64,000 nucleotides of DNA from Myxococcota bacterium (lineage in GTDB: Bacteria; Myxococcota_A; UBA9160; UBA4427), in contig JBDNFB010000015.1 of assembly GCA_041690055.1 (NCBI GenBank), forward strand, positions 645 through 64,644, written 5' to 3'. The notes under the pieces were generated by a model. That model had not been told where the DNA came from. It made no database searches and was given only the letters and a program-made list of their open reading frames with translations. Below are positions 36,871 through 47,022 of this stretch, piece by piece. Position 1 is the first letter of the stretch. Every line of letters begins with the position of its first letter. The translations under genes were made by a program, and so were the position numbers.

Positions 36871-38361
36871 GTGTTCGCTTCAATGAGACTTTTTCGCTCC
36901 GAAGCCGCCCGCCAAACGAACTCATTCTTGTATGCGATCACATTCGCATTCTGCCTGAGCCTGAGTCTGGGCTGTTTCACCACGCCCCAAGCAGCTGATG
37001 CCCCCTCAGACTCGACGCTGCCGCAGGTCCTACGGATCGGGATCAGCGGCGACTACGCGCCCTTCGCCGTCTGGGATTGGCCGCCTGCCGAAACGTCGCC
37101 GCATAATCCGAAAAGCAGCCTGTCTGCCCCAGACTTACCCCGCCTACCGATGGGTTTTTCGGTCGAAATCGCCCGGGCCTATGCGAAGGAGCGCGGGCTT
37201 TCGATCGAGTGGGTGAAGTTTCGCTGGCCTGAGCTGGCCGCCGATCTTGCTGCGGCGCGCTTCGATCTCGCGCTGTCCGGCGTGACCGTCCGCTCGGACC
37301 GAGCACTTTTGGGCCGGTTCAGTCTCGCCCTCACGACGAGTGGCGCCGTTGCGTTACTGCCTCCGCGAAGCAAAGAGGCCCGACGTATCGCCGCGGGCGA
37401 GGCCCCCATCGGCGTGCTCAATACACCGGGCATCCGCATCGCCGTGAATGCAGGAGGGCATCTCGAAGCCGTCACGAGGCGGCTTTTCCCGAGAGCGGAG
37501 ATTGATCCCGTGCCTTCGAACGCGGCGGTACTCGACCGGTTGCAGGCGAGAGTCGGCCGGGCGGATGCCGTCATCACCGACCTCCCCGAGGCGCCCCATT
37601 GGCAGGCACTCCGGCCCGAGCTCGTCGTCACGCCGGCTTTCACTCAGGATCGAAAAGCGGCTTGGTTTGCACTTCGCAGAGAGGCGCTCGTCGCTGACTT
37701 TGATGCCTGGCTGATCGACTTTGAATCTCAAGGCGGTTTGGCAGAGTTGCGTGCGCGCTTTCAGCTACCGGCAGTGGCGACGGCCCGACCAGACAAGGCC
37801 TTACTGGCCGCGCTCGATGATCGACTCGGCCTCATGATCGACGTCGCCGAAAGCAAGCGCATTCTTGCAAAGCCCATCGAGGATCTGTCGCGCGAAGCAC
37901 GGGTACTCAACGCCGCCATCGCCGGTTTCCAGCGCGAGGCGAAGAAGCGAAACCTGCGCGGTTTCGACGCCGCGGCGATCCGACGCCTGTTTCGCGCGCA
38001 GATCGAAGCGGCCAAATCGATTCAGCGCGCTCATCTTGAGCGATCGGCTGCGATCCGGCGCCGCGCCCCGACCGCCGCCGAGAAAGCCGCGGCGCAGCAT
38101 CGACTCGATGCGGAAATTCGGCCCGCTCTAATCTTTTTTGGGGACCGTATCACCCGGCTGCTCGTCGCCTGCCACGCTGATCCCGATGCGCGACCCGAAC
38201 GCGGCGACGTCGCGCGAGCGCTCACGCCACACGCGATCCCGAAAGGCCAGATCGAGGAGATCGAGCGCGCGCTCGACGCTCTGCTCAGACCGGACGCAGG
38301 ACCGCGCGCGCGATCAATCCGACCAGGATCGGCAGAAGTAGGCAGGCCGCGTAGCGGGTGA
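36871..38361 (+). CDS. exported fusion protein: cyclohexadienyl dehydratase (PheC)-like SBP_bac_3 domain + AroQ chorismate mutase domain
   Basis: Lipobox LSLGC. PheC-like motifs ISGDYAPF and RFDLALSGVTV. C-terminal CM_2-like helices LLAALDDRLGLMIDVAESK...RLFRAQIEAAKSIQ. Confidence 0.75.
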   Translation: MFASMRLFRSEAARQTNSFLYAITFAFCLSLSLGCFTTPQAADAPSDSTLPQVLRIGISGDYAPFAVWDWPPAETSPHNPKSSLSAPDLPRLPMGFSVEIARAYAKERGLSIEWVKFRWPELAADLAAARFDLALSGVTVRSDRALLGRFSLALTTSGAVALLPPRSKEARRIAAGEAPIGVLNTPGIRIAVNAGGHLEAVTRRLFPRAEIDPVPSNAAVLDRLQARVGRADAVITDLPEAPHWQALRPELVVTPAFTQDRKAAWFALRREALVADFDAWLIDFESQGGLAELRARFQLPAVATARPDKALLAALDDRLGLMIDVAESKRILAKPIEDLSREARVLNAAIAGFQREAKKRNLRGFDAAAIRRLFRAQIEAAKSIQRAHLERSAAIRRRAPTAAEKAAAQHRLDAEIRPALIFFGDRITRLLVACHADPDARPERGDVARALTPHAIPKGQIEEIERALDALLRPDAGPRARSIRPGSAEVGRPRSG

Positions 38362-38791
38362 GCGCAAATGACGCGCCCAAGATCGGGATTTCCCAGGCGA
38401 TCAAGCGGTGCAAAGCGAGCAGGCTCCAGGACGATAAAAACACGATGACCGAGGCCGGCGCCGCCCCGGAGCGCAGCATTCCCGCGGCCAGCGGCATCGA
38501 CACAAAAGGCCCCGCCGGCGTAATCATGCCCGCGGCCGAGGCTACGAAGAGCCCCTTCACTCCGGCTTCCTCGCCCAGCGCCGACGCTACCCATTCCCGC
38601 GGCATCAGCGTCTCCGCGAGCCCCGCGACGAGAAACGATAAAAAAATCACCGCGCCAAACTTCGCAAAGAGCCGCGCGCCACTGCCAAGCCCATCGCCTA
38701 GCATCGGCGTCCCGCCGCGCGCGAGCGCAATGCCACTCAGCAAGACGAGCAGCCCGAACACGATCCAAAAATTGCTATCCAAAATTTTCAC
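38285..38791 (-). CDS. small multi-pass membrane protein (putative permease)
   Basis: 168 aa with 4-5 hydrophobic helices. Its 3' end overlaps the convergent 36871-38361 gene by 77 nt. Confidence 0.55.
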   Translation of the reverse strand: MKILDSNFWIVFGLLVLLSGIALARGGTPMLGDGLGSGARLFAKFGAVIFLSFLVAGLAETLMPREWVASALGEEAGVKGLFVASAAGMITPAGPFVSMPLAAGMLRSGAAPASVIVFLSSWSLLALHRLIAWEIPILGASFALTRYAACLLLPILVGLIARAVLRPV

Positions 38792-38825
38792 GTGTCGCCT
38801 AAATGCCTAACAGGTGTCCCGAATA

Positions 38826-39791
38826 TTAGTAGAAATTGCATCGCGTGCGATGCCGCGGACGTGCCTTGATCTCCGGCGACTGCCCGGCATTCCAAAGCAG
38901 TCCGTCCAGCACCCGCGCCGTCGTCGGCTTGCCGCGTTCCGCAAGTGCCGCGACCAATCGCTCGACAGCTTCAACCGCAACCGCCCGAATCTCGACTTCC
39001 TCAGGCGTTGCCGGCTCGATAAGCTGCCCCGAATCGACGCGGGCGCCGAGCGCAGCGTCATAGACCATCACGCCATAGCAGCGCAGCACATGCGGCACGA
39101 GGTTATCTGCGAAGAGCGTAAGGCTATCTAGATCCTCGAACTTTCCGAGAGAACTGTCGCCGAAAGCCGCATGCAGGTCAGCAACCGTAATCTGGGCGCG
39201 TTTATAGAAGGCGACCTCCATATCGCCGTAGGGCGCCACATCGCGATACAGGGGCATCTGCGCGAGCGACTGCACGAGATACTCAGCCGACCCTTTCGCA
39301 CTGCTAACCACGAGATCGAACCGGTCTTCGTGCATCTCAAGCAACCAAATCCCGAGATCTCGCCACGAGAGCGTGTAGAGCGTCATCAGATCTGCGACAT
39401 CCGAGTCGCTCAGATCCTGACCGAGTATTGCAGCCACAGAACGCGGCGTGGTCTTCCGAAGCTGATCCCCACGCAGCGGCCCTTCGGTTTCGAAATGCTT
39501 CTTCATCGCCGATGCGATCGTCCGGTATCCGGAAAGGCCCTCGGATTTCCGCAGCTCGGGAAACCAGCCTGATCCAAAATTGATCGCGTCGAGGGTGATC
39601 GTCAGGCTCAGCTTGGCCTCCTCATCCCCCTCGAAATCATGCAGCGGATCAAAGTCATGCTTGGGCCATTCCGCAGCCGCCAGTTCATCAGCGAACTTGG
39701 CCAAACCCTCGTCGTCGATTCGCACCGACTTCGCACGCCGTGTCACTTCCGCACAATTCGATCGAATCTGCTCGAATAATCCGCCGCTCAA
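38826..39791 (-). CDS. queuosine salvage family protein (DUF2419/Qng1-like)
   Basis: Family-typical LDAINFGSGWFPELRK and LFADNLVPHVLR segments. 4-nt overlap with the upstream dagK-like gene. Confidence 0.75.
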   Translation of the reverse strand: MSGGLFEQIRSNCAEVTRRAKSVRIDDEGLAKFADELAAAEWPKHDFDPLHDFEGDEEAKLSLTITLDAINFGSGWFPELRKSEGLSGYRTIASAMKKHFETEGPLRGDQLRKTTPRSVAAILGQDLSDSDVADLMTLYTLSWRDLGIWLLEMHEDRFDLVVSSAKGSAEYLVQSLAQMPLYRDVAPYGDMEVAFYKRAQITVADLHAAFGDSSLGKFEDLDSLTLFADNLVPHVLRCYGVMVYDAALGARVDSGQLIEPATPEEVEIRAVAVEAVERLVAALAERGKPTTARVLDGLLWNAGQSPEIKARPRHRTRCNFY

Positions 39792-40756
39792 AGTCCATCT
39801 CCAGATACAGCGAAGACGCGCAGCGCCTTCGGAAAAATTTCAGCATACATCGGAAGCGTGCCCACGCTCTCCCCATCGAGATCGATCGGCGCACCGAATT
39901 CCTTCGGCATCACCGAAACCGAGCGCGCCGAATGAAACGAAACACTCGGATGACCCGCGTGAAGCCCCAGGACGAGACGCGGCAGGTTGAACAGAAGGCG
40001 AGGCAAGCTTAAACCGCGGACCACAACGACTTCCAGTCTTCCGTCGTCCACGGCCGCCCCGGGAGCCACTTTCATCCCCGCCCCAAAATAACAGCCATTT
40101 GCGGCGACGATCATGGAGAGCGGCCCCTCATGCACCGAGAGTCCGTCCACTTCAACCGCCGCATCGAGTGGTCGATGCGAGAGGATCGCTCCAACGGCGC
40201 CCAAAAGAAACCCTAACCGCGGCCCAACCCGCTTGCTCAGATTGCCTACGAGCTGCACCGTCACCCCCGACAGCCCCGCGCTCGCCTCATTCGCGAAAAA
40301 GCGGCTCCGCTTCGCCCCGGCGGCATCCCGAAACTCCACTCGCCCGATATCGACCCGGCGCGTCTGCCCCTGCTCGATGAGCCGAAGGGCCGCGGAGAGG
40401 TCCCGGGGCATATCGAGCGCCCGCGCAAAATCCCAACCCGATCCGAGAGGCAGCAGCCCCAAAATCGGCATTTCAAGCGAGCTCGCCTCGGACGGCTCGC
40501 CCCCCGCGGACACCCCATCCATCAGCCCCGTCACGATTTCATTCAGCGTGCCATCGCCCCCTCCGACCAGGATGCGTTCCACACCGCGAATAGCTGCCGC
40601 GTTCGAAATCCGAGAAGCATCGCCGGGTTGCCGCGTGACCTCAACCGCAACGGGCCCCAGGCACGCCTCAATCTCAGCGATCAGCGCCGCCTGCCGGCGG
40701 CCCGTCGCGCCTGCAGCGCTCGCGGGATTCAAGATCAGAAGCGTGTCAGATTGCAC
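39788..40756 (-). CDS. diacylglycerol/lipid kinase family protein (YegS-like)
   Basis: LLILNPASAAG.., and the GGDGTLNE catalytic motif. Confidence 0.85.
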   Translation of the reverse strand: MQSDTLLILNPASAAGATGRRQAALIAEIEACLGPVAVEVTRQPGDASRISNAAAIRGVERILVGGGDGTLNEIVTGLMDGVSAGGEPSEASSLEMPILGLLPLGSGWDFARALDMPRDLSAALRLIEQGQTRRVDIGRVEFRDAAGAKRSRFFANEASAGLSGVTVQLVGNLSKRVGPRLGFLLGAVGAILSHRPLDAAVEVDGLSVHEGPLSMIVAANGCYFGAGMKVAPGAAVDDGRLEVVVVRGLSLPRLLFNLPRLVLGLHAGHPSVSFHSARSVSVMPKEFGAPIDLDGESVGTLPMYAEIFPKALRVFAVSGDGL

Positions 40757-40926
40757 TGCCGCAGAGTACCGAAGTCTCTTGCTTCTCCACGCCCCGCTCT
40801 CGACTGCCGCTCCCTGCCCATCTGCGTCTCTGCTTTTCTCCCCCTCTACCTCTCCACCTCTCTCCTACCTCAATACCTCGATGCCTCTCCTACCCACGGG
40901 ACGCTCCGCCCGCGGCCGAACGGGAT

Positions 40927-41667
40927 ATGATCTCCAGCATGCCGAAAAACCTTCGCCGCCTCCTCATCGCGGGCCTGATTCTGGCCGTGGTCGGAGGCCT
41001 CGGCAGCGTCATCAGAAGCCGCCTGGGCATCGAATTCGACGTCGAGTCTGTGCGCGCATTTGCAGACGGACTAGGACCGACAGCCCCCTTCCTCTTCGTC
41101 TTCGTCGTGGCGGGTCGGTCCCTGCTCTGGCTGCCGTCCCAGGTCGTTTTGATCGCGGCTGGGCTGTGTTTCGGCACAGTCACGGGCGCGCTGGTCGGCG
41201 GGGCGGGACTGATGATTTCGGGCGTCTTCCTGTTTGCGGGCGCTCGCTACGCCGGTCGCGACGCAATCGCATCCCGCATCGGCGCCCGAGGCGAGCATCT
41301 CCTCGGCCTGGCTTCGCGGCGAACGGGCGCCGTCGCCTTCGGACTCGCCTGCGGCTACCCGATCAGCCCCCTCGCCCCGCTTCAAGCCGCGGCGGGCCTG
41401 ACACCCATGCCCTTTCCGAATTTCATGCTCTCCGCCTTTCTCGGGGGCGGCATCCGTGCCGCGGTCTTCGCCTATTTCGGGAATGCTCTGCTCACGCCCG
41501 ACCTCGGAGCGCTCGTTTCTTCGACCGCCGTCTTCCTCCTCGCGATCGCTATCCCCTTCGCCTTCCCGAGCGGCCGCGCCTGGCTCCGCGAACTCTTCGC
41601 CCCTCTCCCTGCCACCCAGCCCGCGACCCAGCCCAGTGGCGGTCAGCGTGGCGGCGGCGGGAAATAG
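40927..41667 (+). CDS. TVP38/TMEM64 (DedA/SNARE-associated) family membrane protein
   Basis: Multi-pass membrane protein with a family-like core (..LLWLPSQVVLIAAGLCFG..). Confidence 0.65.
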   Translation: MISSMPKNLRRLLIAGLILAVVGGLGSVIRSRLGIEFDVESVRAFADGLGPTAPFLFVFVVAGRSLLWLPSQVVLIAAGLCFGTVTGALVGGAGLMISGVFLFAGARYAGRDAIASRIGARGEHLLGLASRRTGAVAFGLACGYPISPLAPLQAAAGLTPMPFPNFMLSAFLGGGIRAAVFAYFGNALLTPDLGALVSSTAVFLLAIAIPFAFPSGRAWLRELFAPLPATQPATQPSGGQRGGGGK

Positions 41668-41685
41668 CCGCTCCAAAAAGAACAA

Positions 41686-41715
41686 AGCCGCAACCGAATT
41701 CAATCGGCTGCGGCT
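41686..41715. terminator. bidirectional intrinsic terminator between convergent genes
   Basis: 12-bp stem AGCCGCAACCGA/TCGGCTGCGGCT (1 mismatch) with loop ATTCAA. Followed by CTGTGTTTGCTT on the plus strand and TTTGTTCTTTTTGG on the minus strand. Confidence 0.7.
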
Positions 41716-41774
41716 CTGTGTTTGCTTGCCCGGCGCGAGTCGGCCCGGGCTATCCCTAAATGATCAGATCGAGA

Positions 41775-44060
41775 TCAGCCCTGCTCGTTCTTGCGAAGCA
41801 GGTTCAGCGCCGACCCCGCCTTGAACCATTCGATCTGCTCTGCGTTCAGCGTCTGCGCAACTTCGAAGCGGTCCTCGCTGCCATCCTCGTGATGCACGAC
41901 GACTTCCACGTTCTTGTCGGGCGCGAGCGCGTCGAGGCCCAGGATGCTGATGCGATCCGTTTCCTGAATTTTGTCGTAATCCGCGGGATTGACGAACGTG
42001 AAGGGCAAGACGCCCTGCTTCTTCAGGTTGGACTGATGGATGCGCGCGAAACTGCGCACGATCACGGCTGCCGCGCCGAGATGCCGCGGCTCCATCGCCG
42101 CATGCTCGCGACTCGAGCCCTCACCGTAATTCTCATCACCCACCACAACCCAGCTCAGACCGCGTGCCTTGTAGTCCCGCGCAATGGCCGGGAAGCCCTG
42201 CCCCGTCTCGCCCGTCTCCAGATTCTTGCCCGTACCCGCATCGCCCGTGAAGGCGTTGATGGCACCGATGAACATATTGTCGGAGATATTGTCGAGATGA
42301 CCGCGGAACTTGAGCCACGGACCCGCCATCGAGATGTGGTCCGTGGTGCATTTACCCTTGGCCTTCAGGAGAAGCGGCAGCTTTTCGTAGTCGTTCCCGT
42401 TCCAGGCGGGGAAGGGCTCGAGCAGCTGAAGGCGTTCGCTTGTCGGGCTCACTGAAACGTCGATGCCGGCTCGCTCCGCCACCGGGGGCGGTCCTTCATA
42501 GCCCCCGTAGCTGATCACGAAGCCCTTCTCCGGGATCTCCGGCGCCCGTCCGGGCGGGTTCAGCTTGAAGCACGTGCCGTCCGGCAGAACGACATCATCC
42601 GTCATGGGGTTGAAGTCGAGCGTTCCGGCGAGGGCAAAGGCGACGCAGATCTCGGGGCTCCCGATAAAGGAGAGCGTCGCTGCGTTGCCATCGTTGCGCT
42701 TCGGGAAGTTGCGGTTGAACGAACTCAGGATCGAGTTCGTTTCACCCATCTCAATATCGTCTCGCTTCCACTGGCCGATGCAGGGACCGCAAGCATTCGC
42801 GAGGACGATGGCGCCGATCGATTCGAGCGCCGCCTTCTGGCCATCGCGATCAACAGTTTCATCGACCTGCTCCGAGCCCGGTGTGCACCAGAGCGTGGAC
42901 TTGACCTTGGCACCCTTGGCGGCCGCCTGGCTGGCGATATCCGCTGCCCGGGAAAAATCCTCGTAGGAGGAGTTGGTGCAGCTCCCGATTAGACAAGACG
43001 AGAGGTTGAGCGGGTAACCGTTCTTCTTGGCATCCGCGGCCATCTCTGAAACGGGGCGCGCAAGATCGGGCGTGTGCGGACCTACAATATGCGGCTCAAG
43101 GGTCGAGAGGTCGATGTCGACGATCTCGTCGAAATAACCATCGGGATTCGCAAGCACGTCCGGATCGGGCGTAAGCAGATCCATGTTCTCGCTCGCGATA
43201 TCCGCGAGTTCGCCGCGCTCGGTCGCCTTGAGATAGGTCGCCATGCGCTCGTCGTAAGGGAAGATCGAGGTCGTCGCACCGAGCTCCGCACCCATATTCG
43301 TGATCGTGCCCTTGCCCGTGCACGAGAGCGAGGCCACTCCGTCACCGAAATACTCGACGACGCGGTTCGTGCCGCCCTTCACCGTCAGCAGCTCGCAGAC
43401 CTTGAGAATCACATCCTTCGGCGAGGTCCAGCCCGAGAGTTCTCCTGTTAGGCGAATGCCCACGACCTTCGGGTAGAGCACCTCCCACGGAAAGCCGGCC
43501 ATTACGTCGACTGCGTCCGCACCGCCGACGCCACAAGCGAACATGCCGAGGCCGCCCGCGTTCGGCGTATGCGAATCCGTGCCGATCATCATGCCGCCCG
43601 GATACGCGTACTTTTCAAGCACCACCTGATGGATGATGCCCGCGCCGGGTCCCCAAAAACCGATGCCGTAGCGGGACGAGCAGGAGCGCAAGAAATCGTA
43701 GACCTCGGCGTTCGTGGTGCGCGCGGTATCCATATCCGCATCGGCACCCTGATAGGCCTGGATCAAATGGTCGCAGTGCACGGTCGAAGGCACGGCAGTT
43801 TCACTCCGTCCGGCCTGCATGAACTGGAGCAGCGCCATCTGCGCCGTGGCGTCCTGCATCGCGACGCGATCGGGTCGCAGCAGTAGATAGGAATCTCCCG
43901 GCGAAAGTTCCTGACTCTGCGGATCGTCGAGATGGCCCAGAAGAATCTTCTCTGCGTAGGTCATCGGTCGCCCGAGTCGCTCTCGCACGATCTCCAGATT
44001 CGCTCGGATCTTCGCGTACGTGTTTCTCACCAGTTCAGGTGTCGTTTCGATTGCGGCCAT
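41775..44060 (-). CDS. acn: aconitate hydratase (mitochondrial-type, about 760 aa)
   Basis: YAEKILLGHLDDP.., the DRVAMQDATAQMA motif, Fe-S ligand regions SCTNSS and ANACGPCIGQW, and the swivel domain. Confidence 0.9.
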   Translation of the reverse strand: MAAIETTPELVRNTYAKIRANLEIVRERLGRPMTYAEKILLGHLDDPQSQELSPGDSYLLLRPDRVAMQDATAQMALLQFMQAGRSETAVPSTVHCDHLIQAYQGADADMDTARTTNAEVYDFLRSCSSRYGIGFWGPGAGIIHQVVLEKYAYPGGMMIGTDSHTPNAGGLGMFACGVGGADAVDVMAGFPWEVLYPKVVGIRLTGELSGWTSPKDVILKVCELLTVKGGTNRVVEYFGDGVASLSCTGKGTITNMGAELGATTSIFPYDERMATYLKATERGELADIASENMDLLTPDPDVLANPDGYFDEIVDIDLSTLEPHIVGPHTPDLARPVSEMAADAKKNGYPLNLSSCLIGSCTNSSYEDFSRAADIASQAAAKGAKVKSTLWCTPGSEQVDETVDRDGQKAALESIGAIVLANACGPCIGQWKRDDIEMGETNSILSSFNRNFPKRNDGNAATLSFIGSPEICVAFALAGTLDFNPMTDDVVLPDGTCFKLNPPGRAPEIPEKGFVISYGGYEGPPPVAERAGIDVSVSPTSERLQLLEPFPAWNGNDYEKLPLLLKAKGKCTTDHISMAGPWLKFRGHLDNISDNMFIGAINAFTGDAGTGKNLETGETGQGFPAIARDYKARGLSWVVVGDENYGEGSSREHAAMEPRHLGAAAVIVRSFARIHQSNLKKQGVLPFTFVNPADYDKIQETDRISILGLDALAPDKNVEVVVHHEDGSEDRFEVAQTLNAEQIEWFKAGSALNLLRKNEQG

Positions 44061-44350
44061 GATTCTCTCCAGGTTGCAAGGTTTGCTGCGTCTATCGTCG
44101 ACGTCGGCCCGCGTCGATCATCCGCGCGGCGCATTATTGCCCGATGCCTGCACAGATTTTTCCGAATCAATCGAACATCGTATGCGGGGCGTGTGCGGAG
44201 ACGTGCGCGGACGAAGACAAGGGCCCTTCGGTCTTCGGGCGAAGTCTCTTAACGATGCGCTCACCTTAGCGCAGGACTTTCGAGACCGGCGGGGGTGTGC
44301 AACGTGGAATCAACTATCCACCTCCCTATCCCATCCCACTGTCCATCTCA

Positions 44351-44398
44351 CTTTCCACCACACTTTTCGTCACATTTTTCACCACACTTTTCATCACA
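44351..44398. repeat. non-coding 12-bp tandem repeat (CTTTTCAYCACA-like) x4
   Basis: Read directly from the sequence. It lies between the M20 stop codon (44430) and the aconitase start (44060). Confidence 0.85.
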
Positions 44399-44429
44399 CG
44401 ATCTACCCCACCGTCCACCTCGGAGTTCT

Positions 44430-45869
44430 CTAGGCCAATTCGTCGAGCAAGTGGGTCGCGGCGCGCAGCGCTCGGGCAAAATCGGCGAGATCAATGCTCT
44501 CATTTTCACCGTGCGCGTTGCAAATAGGATCCTCCAGGCCCAACAAGAGAGCGGGCACGCCGCCGAGCACTTCTGCGAAGGGGCCCACGAAGGGAATGCC
44601 TCCACCACAGCCGATATAGACTGAATCGCGTCCGTAGCCGAGCTTGAGCGCGCGCTCCGCAGCCTCGAAGGTGGGGCCAGACGGCTCCGTCATCCAGCCT
44701 TCCGTCAGCGCCTCGGTCTTGAGCTCAACTTCGACACCCCAAGGCGGATCCGCTTCGAGAAAGGCCAATACGCGGTCGCGCATCGCTTCAGGATCTTGCC
44801 CAGGAGCGATCCGAACGCCGACCCGCGCCGCAGCTTCCGCGATCAGCTGATTCCCCGCCTCAGCGAGCGGCATGCCTTCGAGGGCAATGATCGAGAGCGC
44901 AGGTCGATACCAAAGACGTTCAAAAAGCTCGACACCGCCTGCGCCCAGAAATTTCGCGCTCGGCACCATCCCCACATCAGCCCGAAACGCGGCATCGTCC
45001 ACCGGCAGCGCATGAAGTCGTTCTGCGGCCGCAGAAGACAGCGGCGGTACACCGCTCTCGAAGCCGGGGATCGCCACCCGTCCCTCATCATCAAACAGCC
45101 GGCCTAACAAACGCGATAGCGCACTCGTCGCGTCGGGCACGGGGCCACCCCACATCCCGCTATGCACCGGATGGTCGAGCGCCTTAACCCGCACGTCGAC
45201 ATTCAGAATGCCGCGCAGACTCGTCGTAATCGAAGGCAGTCCCGTCTCAAGATTGGCTGTATCCGAAAGGACGATCACGTCGGCCGCCAGTCGCTCGTGA
45301 TGCGAGCGGAGGAAATCGGCAAGATGTTCCGACCCGATCTCTTCTTCGCCTTCCACAACGATCTTCAGATTCACGGGCGGCTTCCGTCCGCTCGCAAGCC
45401 AGGCTTTCAGCGCGCCCGAAAAAACGACTATCCCTGCTTTATCATCAACAATGCCGCGCCCGTAGAGACGTCCCGCCTCACCTTCATCGTGAACCAGCGT
45501 GGGTTCGAACGCAGGGCTCCGCCAATGGGAAGCGCGTCCGGGCGGCTGCACATCATGATGCGCATAGAGCAGAACAGTTTTTGCATCTTCGCCAGCGCCG
45601 AGCCACTCACCCACCACGTAGGGATGGGCATCGCCCTGCTCCAGAAGTTCGACCTGCTCGAAGCCAGAAGCCTCGAGCAACTCCGCCACCGCCAATGCAC
45701 TTCGCCGCACTTCTTCCGCCGGAAAGCCAGCGGCAGACACGCCGGGAATCCGAGCCAGCAGAGACAAGGCAGCCACATTTTGATCAAATTGGGATTCGAG
45801 CTGTACGAGTGTTTCGTTGGATGCAGGCATACGGGCAAGATAGTTGGCTCCGGGACAGTTCGCGCTCAA
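44430..45869 (-). CDS. M20 family metallopeptidase (dipeptidase-like)
   Basis: LLYAHHDVQP, GRGIVDDKAG and VEGEEEIGS metal/catalytic motifs. The start may instead be at MPASNE (45830). Confidence 0.85.
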   Translation of the reverse strand: MSANCPGANYLARMPASNETLVQLESQFDQNVAALSLLARIPGVSAAGFPAEEVRRSALAVAELLEASGFEQVELLEQGDAHPYVVGEWLGAGEDAKTVLLYAHHDVQPPGRASHWRSPAFEPTLVHDEGEAGRLYGRGIVDDKAGIVVFSGALKAWLASGRKPPVNLKIVVEGEEEIGSEHLADFLRSHHERLAADVIVLSDTANLETGLPSITTSLRGILNVDVRVKALDHPVHSGMWGGPVPDATSALSRLLGRLFDDEGRVAIPGFESGVPPLSSAAAERLHALPVDDAAFRADVGMVPSAKFLGAGGVELFERLWYRPALSIIALEGMPLAEAGNQLIAEAAARVGVRIAPGQDPEAMRDRVLAFLEADPPWGVEVELKTEALTEGWMTEPSGPTFEAAERALKLGYGRDSVYIGCGGGIPFVGPFAEVLGGVPALLLGLEDPICNAHGENESIDLADFARALRAATHLLDELA

Positions 45870-46200
45870 ACCCGAATCGCATGCTCTCCAAGCGGCATCT
45901 CTACTTGGGAAATGGGGCCTGCGGAACCTTCCAGGTCAACTCGGGTACCCAACTAGAACTCTCTGGGATTTTTGTCCCATGGTCGCCTTGGCTGCTAACC
46001 TCAACTTGCGAGCGATAATCGTTGTCAATCCCCTCCTCGTGATGACGATTTTCGCTCGACGCTCATTCTCCTCATACGCTCCCGACGTGCGAATCCCGTG
46101 AATACGAGCGTTTAGAATGTGCTCCGCACCTTTTGGCTGCGAACGGGCTGCAAACGGCTGCGAAATCAAAGCAATGAATGAACTCACAAGAGGCGAATCC

Positions 46201-46977
46201 ATGACGCTGCGAAAACTGGTTGGACAGAGTGTGCCCCGCGTAATCCTGACGGCATGCGTGGCGTTCTGCCTGGTATCGCCCGCTCATGCGGACGAGCACG
46301 GCTCTGCAGCCTCTGCGGGGTCTCCTGCTGCTCCCTCTGCTGCTCCCTCTGCTGGCGCCTCTCCTGGCACCTCTCCTGGCACCTCTCCTGACGCTGCGGC
46401 CCCAAAAATGGTTCAGAGCGCAGAAACCTCGAGCCCCACGCAGTCGGTCGAAGCCTTTCATGCGGGACTGCTTGAGATCATGAAGCAGGCCGAGGTCCTC
46501 GGCATTCAGGGCCGGATCGACAAGCTCGAGCCGCTGATGGCCAAAACCTTCGACATGGATTTCATGGCGAGTAAGACCGTGGGGCGGTATTGGAGCAAGC
46601 TGTCCGACGACGACAAAGTGCGCTGGGTCAAGATCTTCGCGAAGTTCACGAACGCCAACTACGCAGGTCGCTTCACCGGCTACACCGGCGAGAGCTTTGA
46701 GACCGTCGGCGTCGAAGAAGCGGCACGTGACACGCGCGTCGTACTGACGAAGATCGTTGTCCCCAGCGACGACGATGTCCAGCTCAACTACCGATTGATG
46801 CAACGGGACGGCGAATGGCGGGTCATCGACGTCTACCTGAACGGCACCGTCAGCGAACTCGCGCTGCGCCGCTCGGAGTACTCCTCCGCGCTCAAACGCG
46901 AGGGATTCGAGCAGCTGATCGCATCGATCGAGACCAAGATTCAGGATCTCAAGGACAAAGACCAAGCCGACGGCTAG
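46201..46977 (+). CDS. MlaC/Ttg2D-family phospholipid-binding periplasmic protein
   Basis: AAGAGG Shine-Dalgarno before ATG 46201. Signal peptide ending in ..SPAHA. Repeat-encoded linker. Ttg2D-like core (FDMDFMASKTVGRYWSKLS..., WRVIDVYLNGTVSELALRRSEY). Confidence 0.75.
   Translation: MTLRKLVGQSVPRVILTACVAFCLVSPAHADEHGSAASAGSPAAPSAAPSAGASPGTSPGTSPDAAAPKMVQSAETSSPTQSVEAFHAGLLEIMKQAEVLGIQGRIDKLEPLMAKTFDMDFMASKTVGRYWSKLSDDDKVRWVKIFAKFTNANYAGRFTGYTGESFETVGVEEAARDTRVVLTKIVVPSDDDVQLNYRLMQRDGEWRVIDVYLNGTVSELALRRSEYSSALKREGFEQLIASIETKIQDLKDKDQADG
46327..46386. repeat. 12-bp tandem repeats GCTGCTCCCTCT x2 / CCTGGCACCTCT x2 (5 units)
   Basis: Read directly from the sequence. It encodes the AAPSAAPSAGASPGTSPGTSP linker after the signal peptide. 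Confidence 0.9.
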
Positions 46978-47022
46978 CCCCTGAGATCCGGGGATCTGCG
47001 CCTACCGAGGAACTCTAGCTGA

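Noticed and set aside
40113-41759. 548-aa plus-strand ORF spanning the dagK and TVP38 regions.
   Set aside because: It is out of frame with or antisense to two well-supported genes. Its composition is dominated by R/P/S/A, and it has no motifs.
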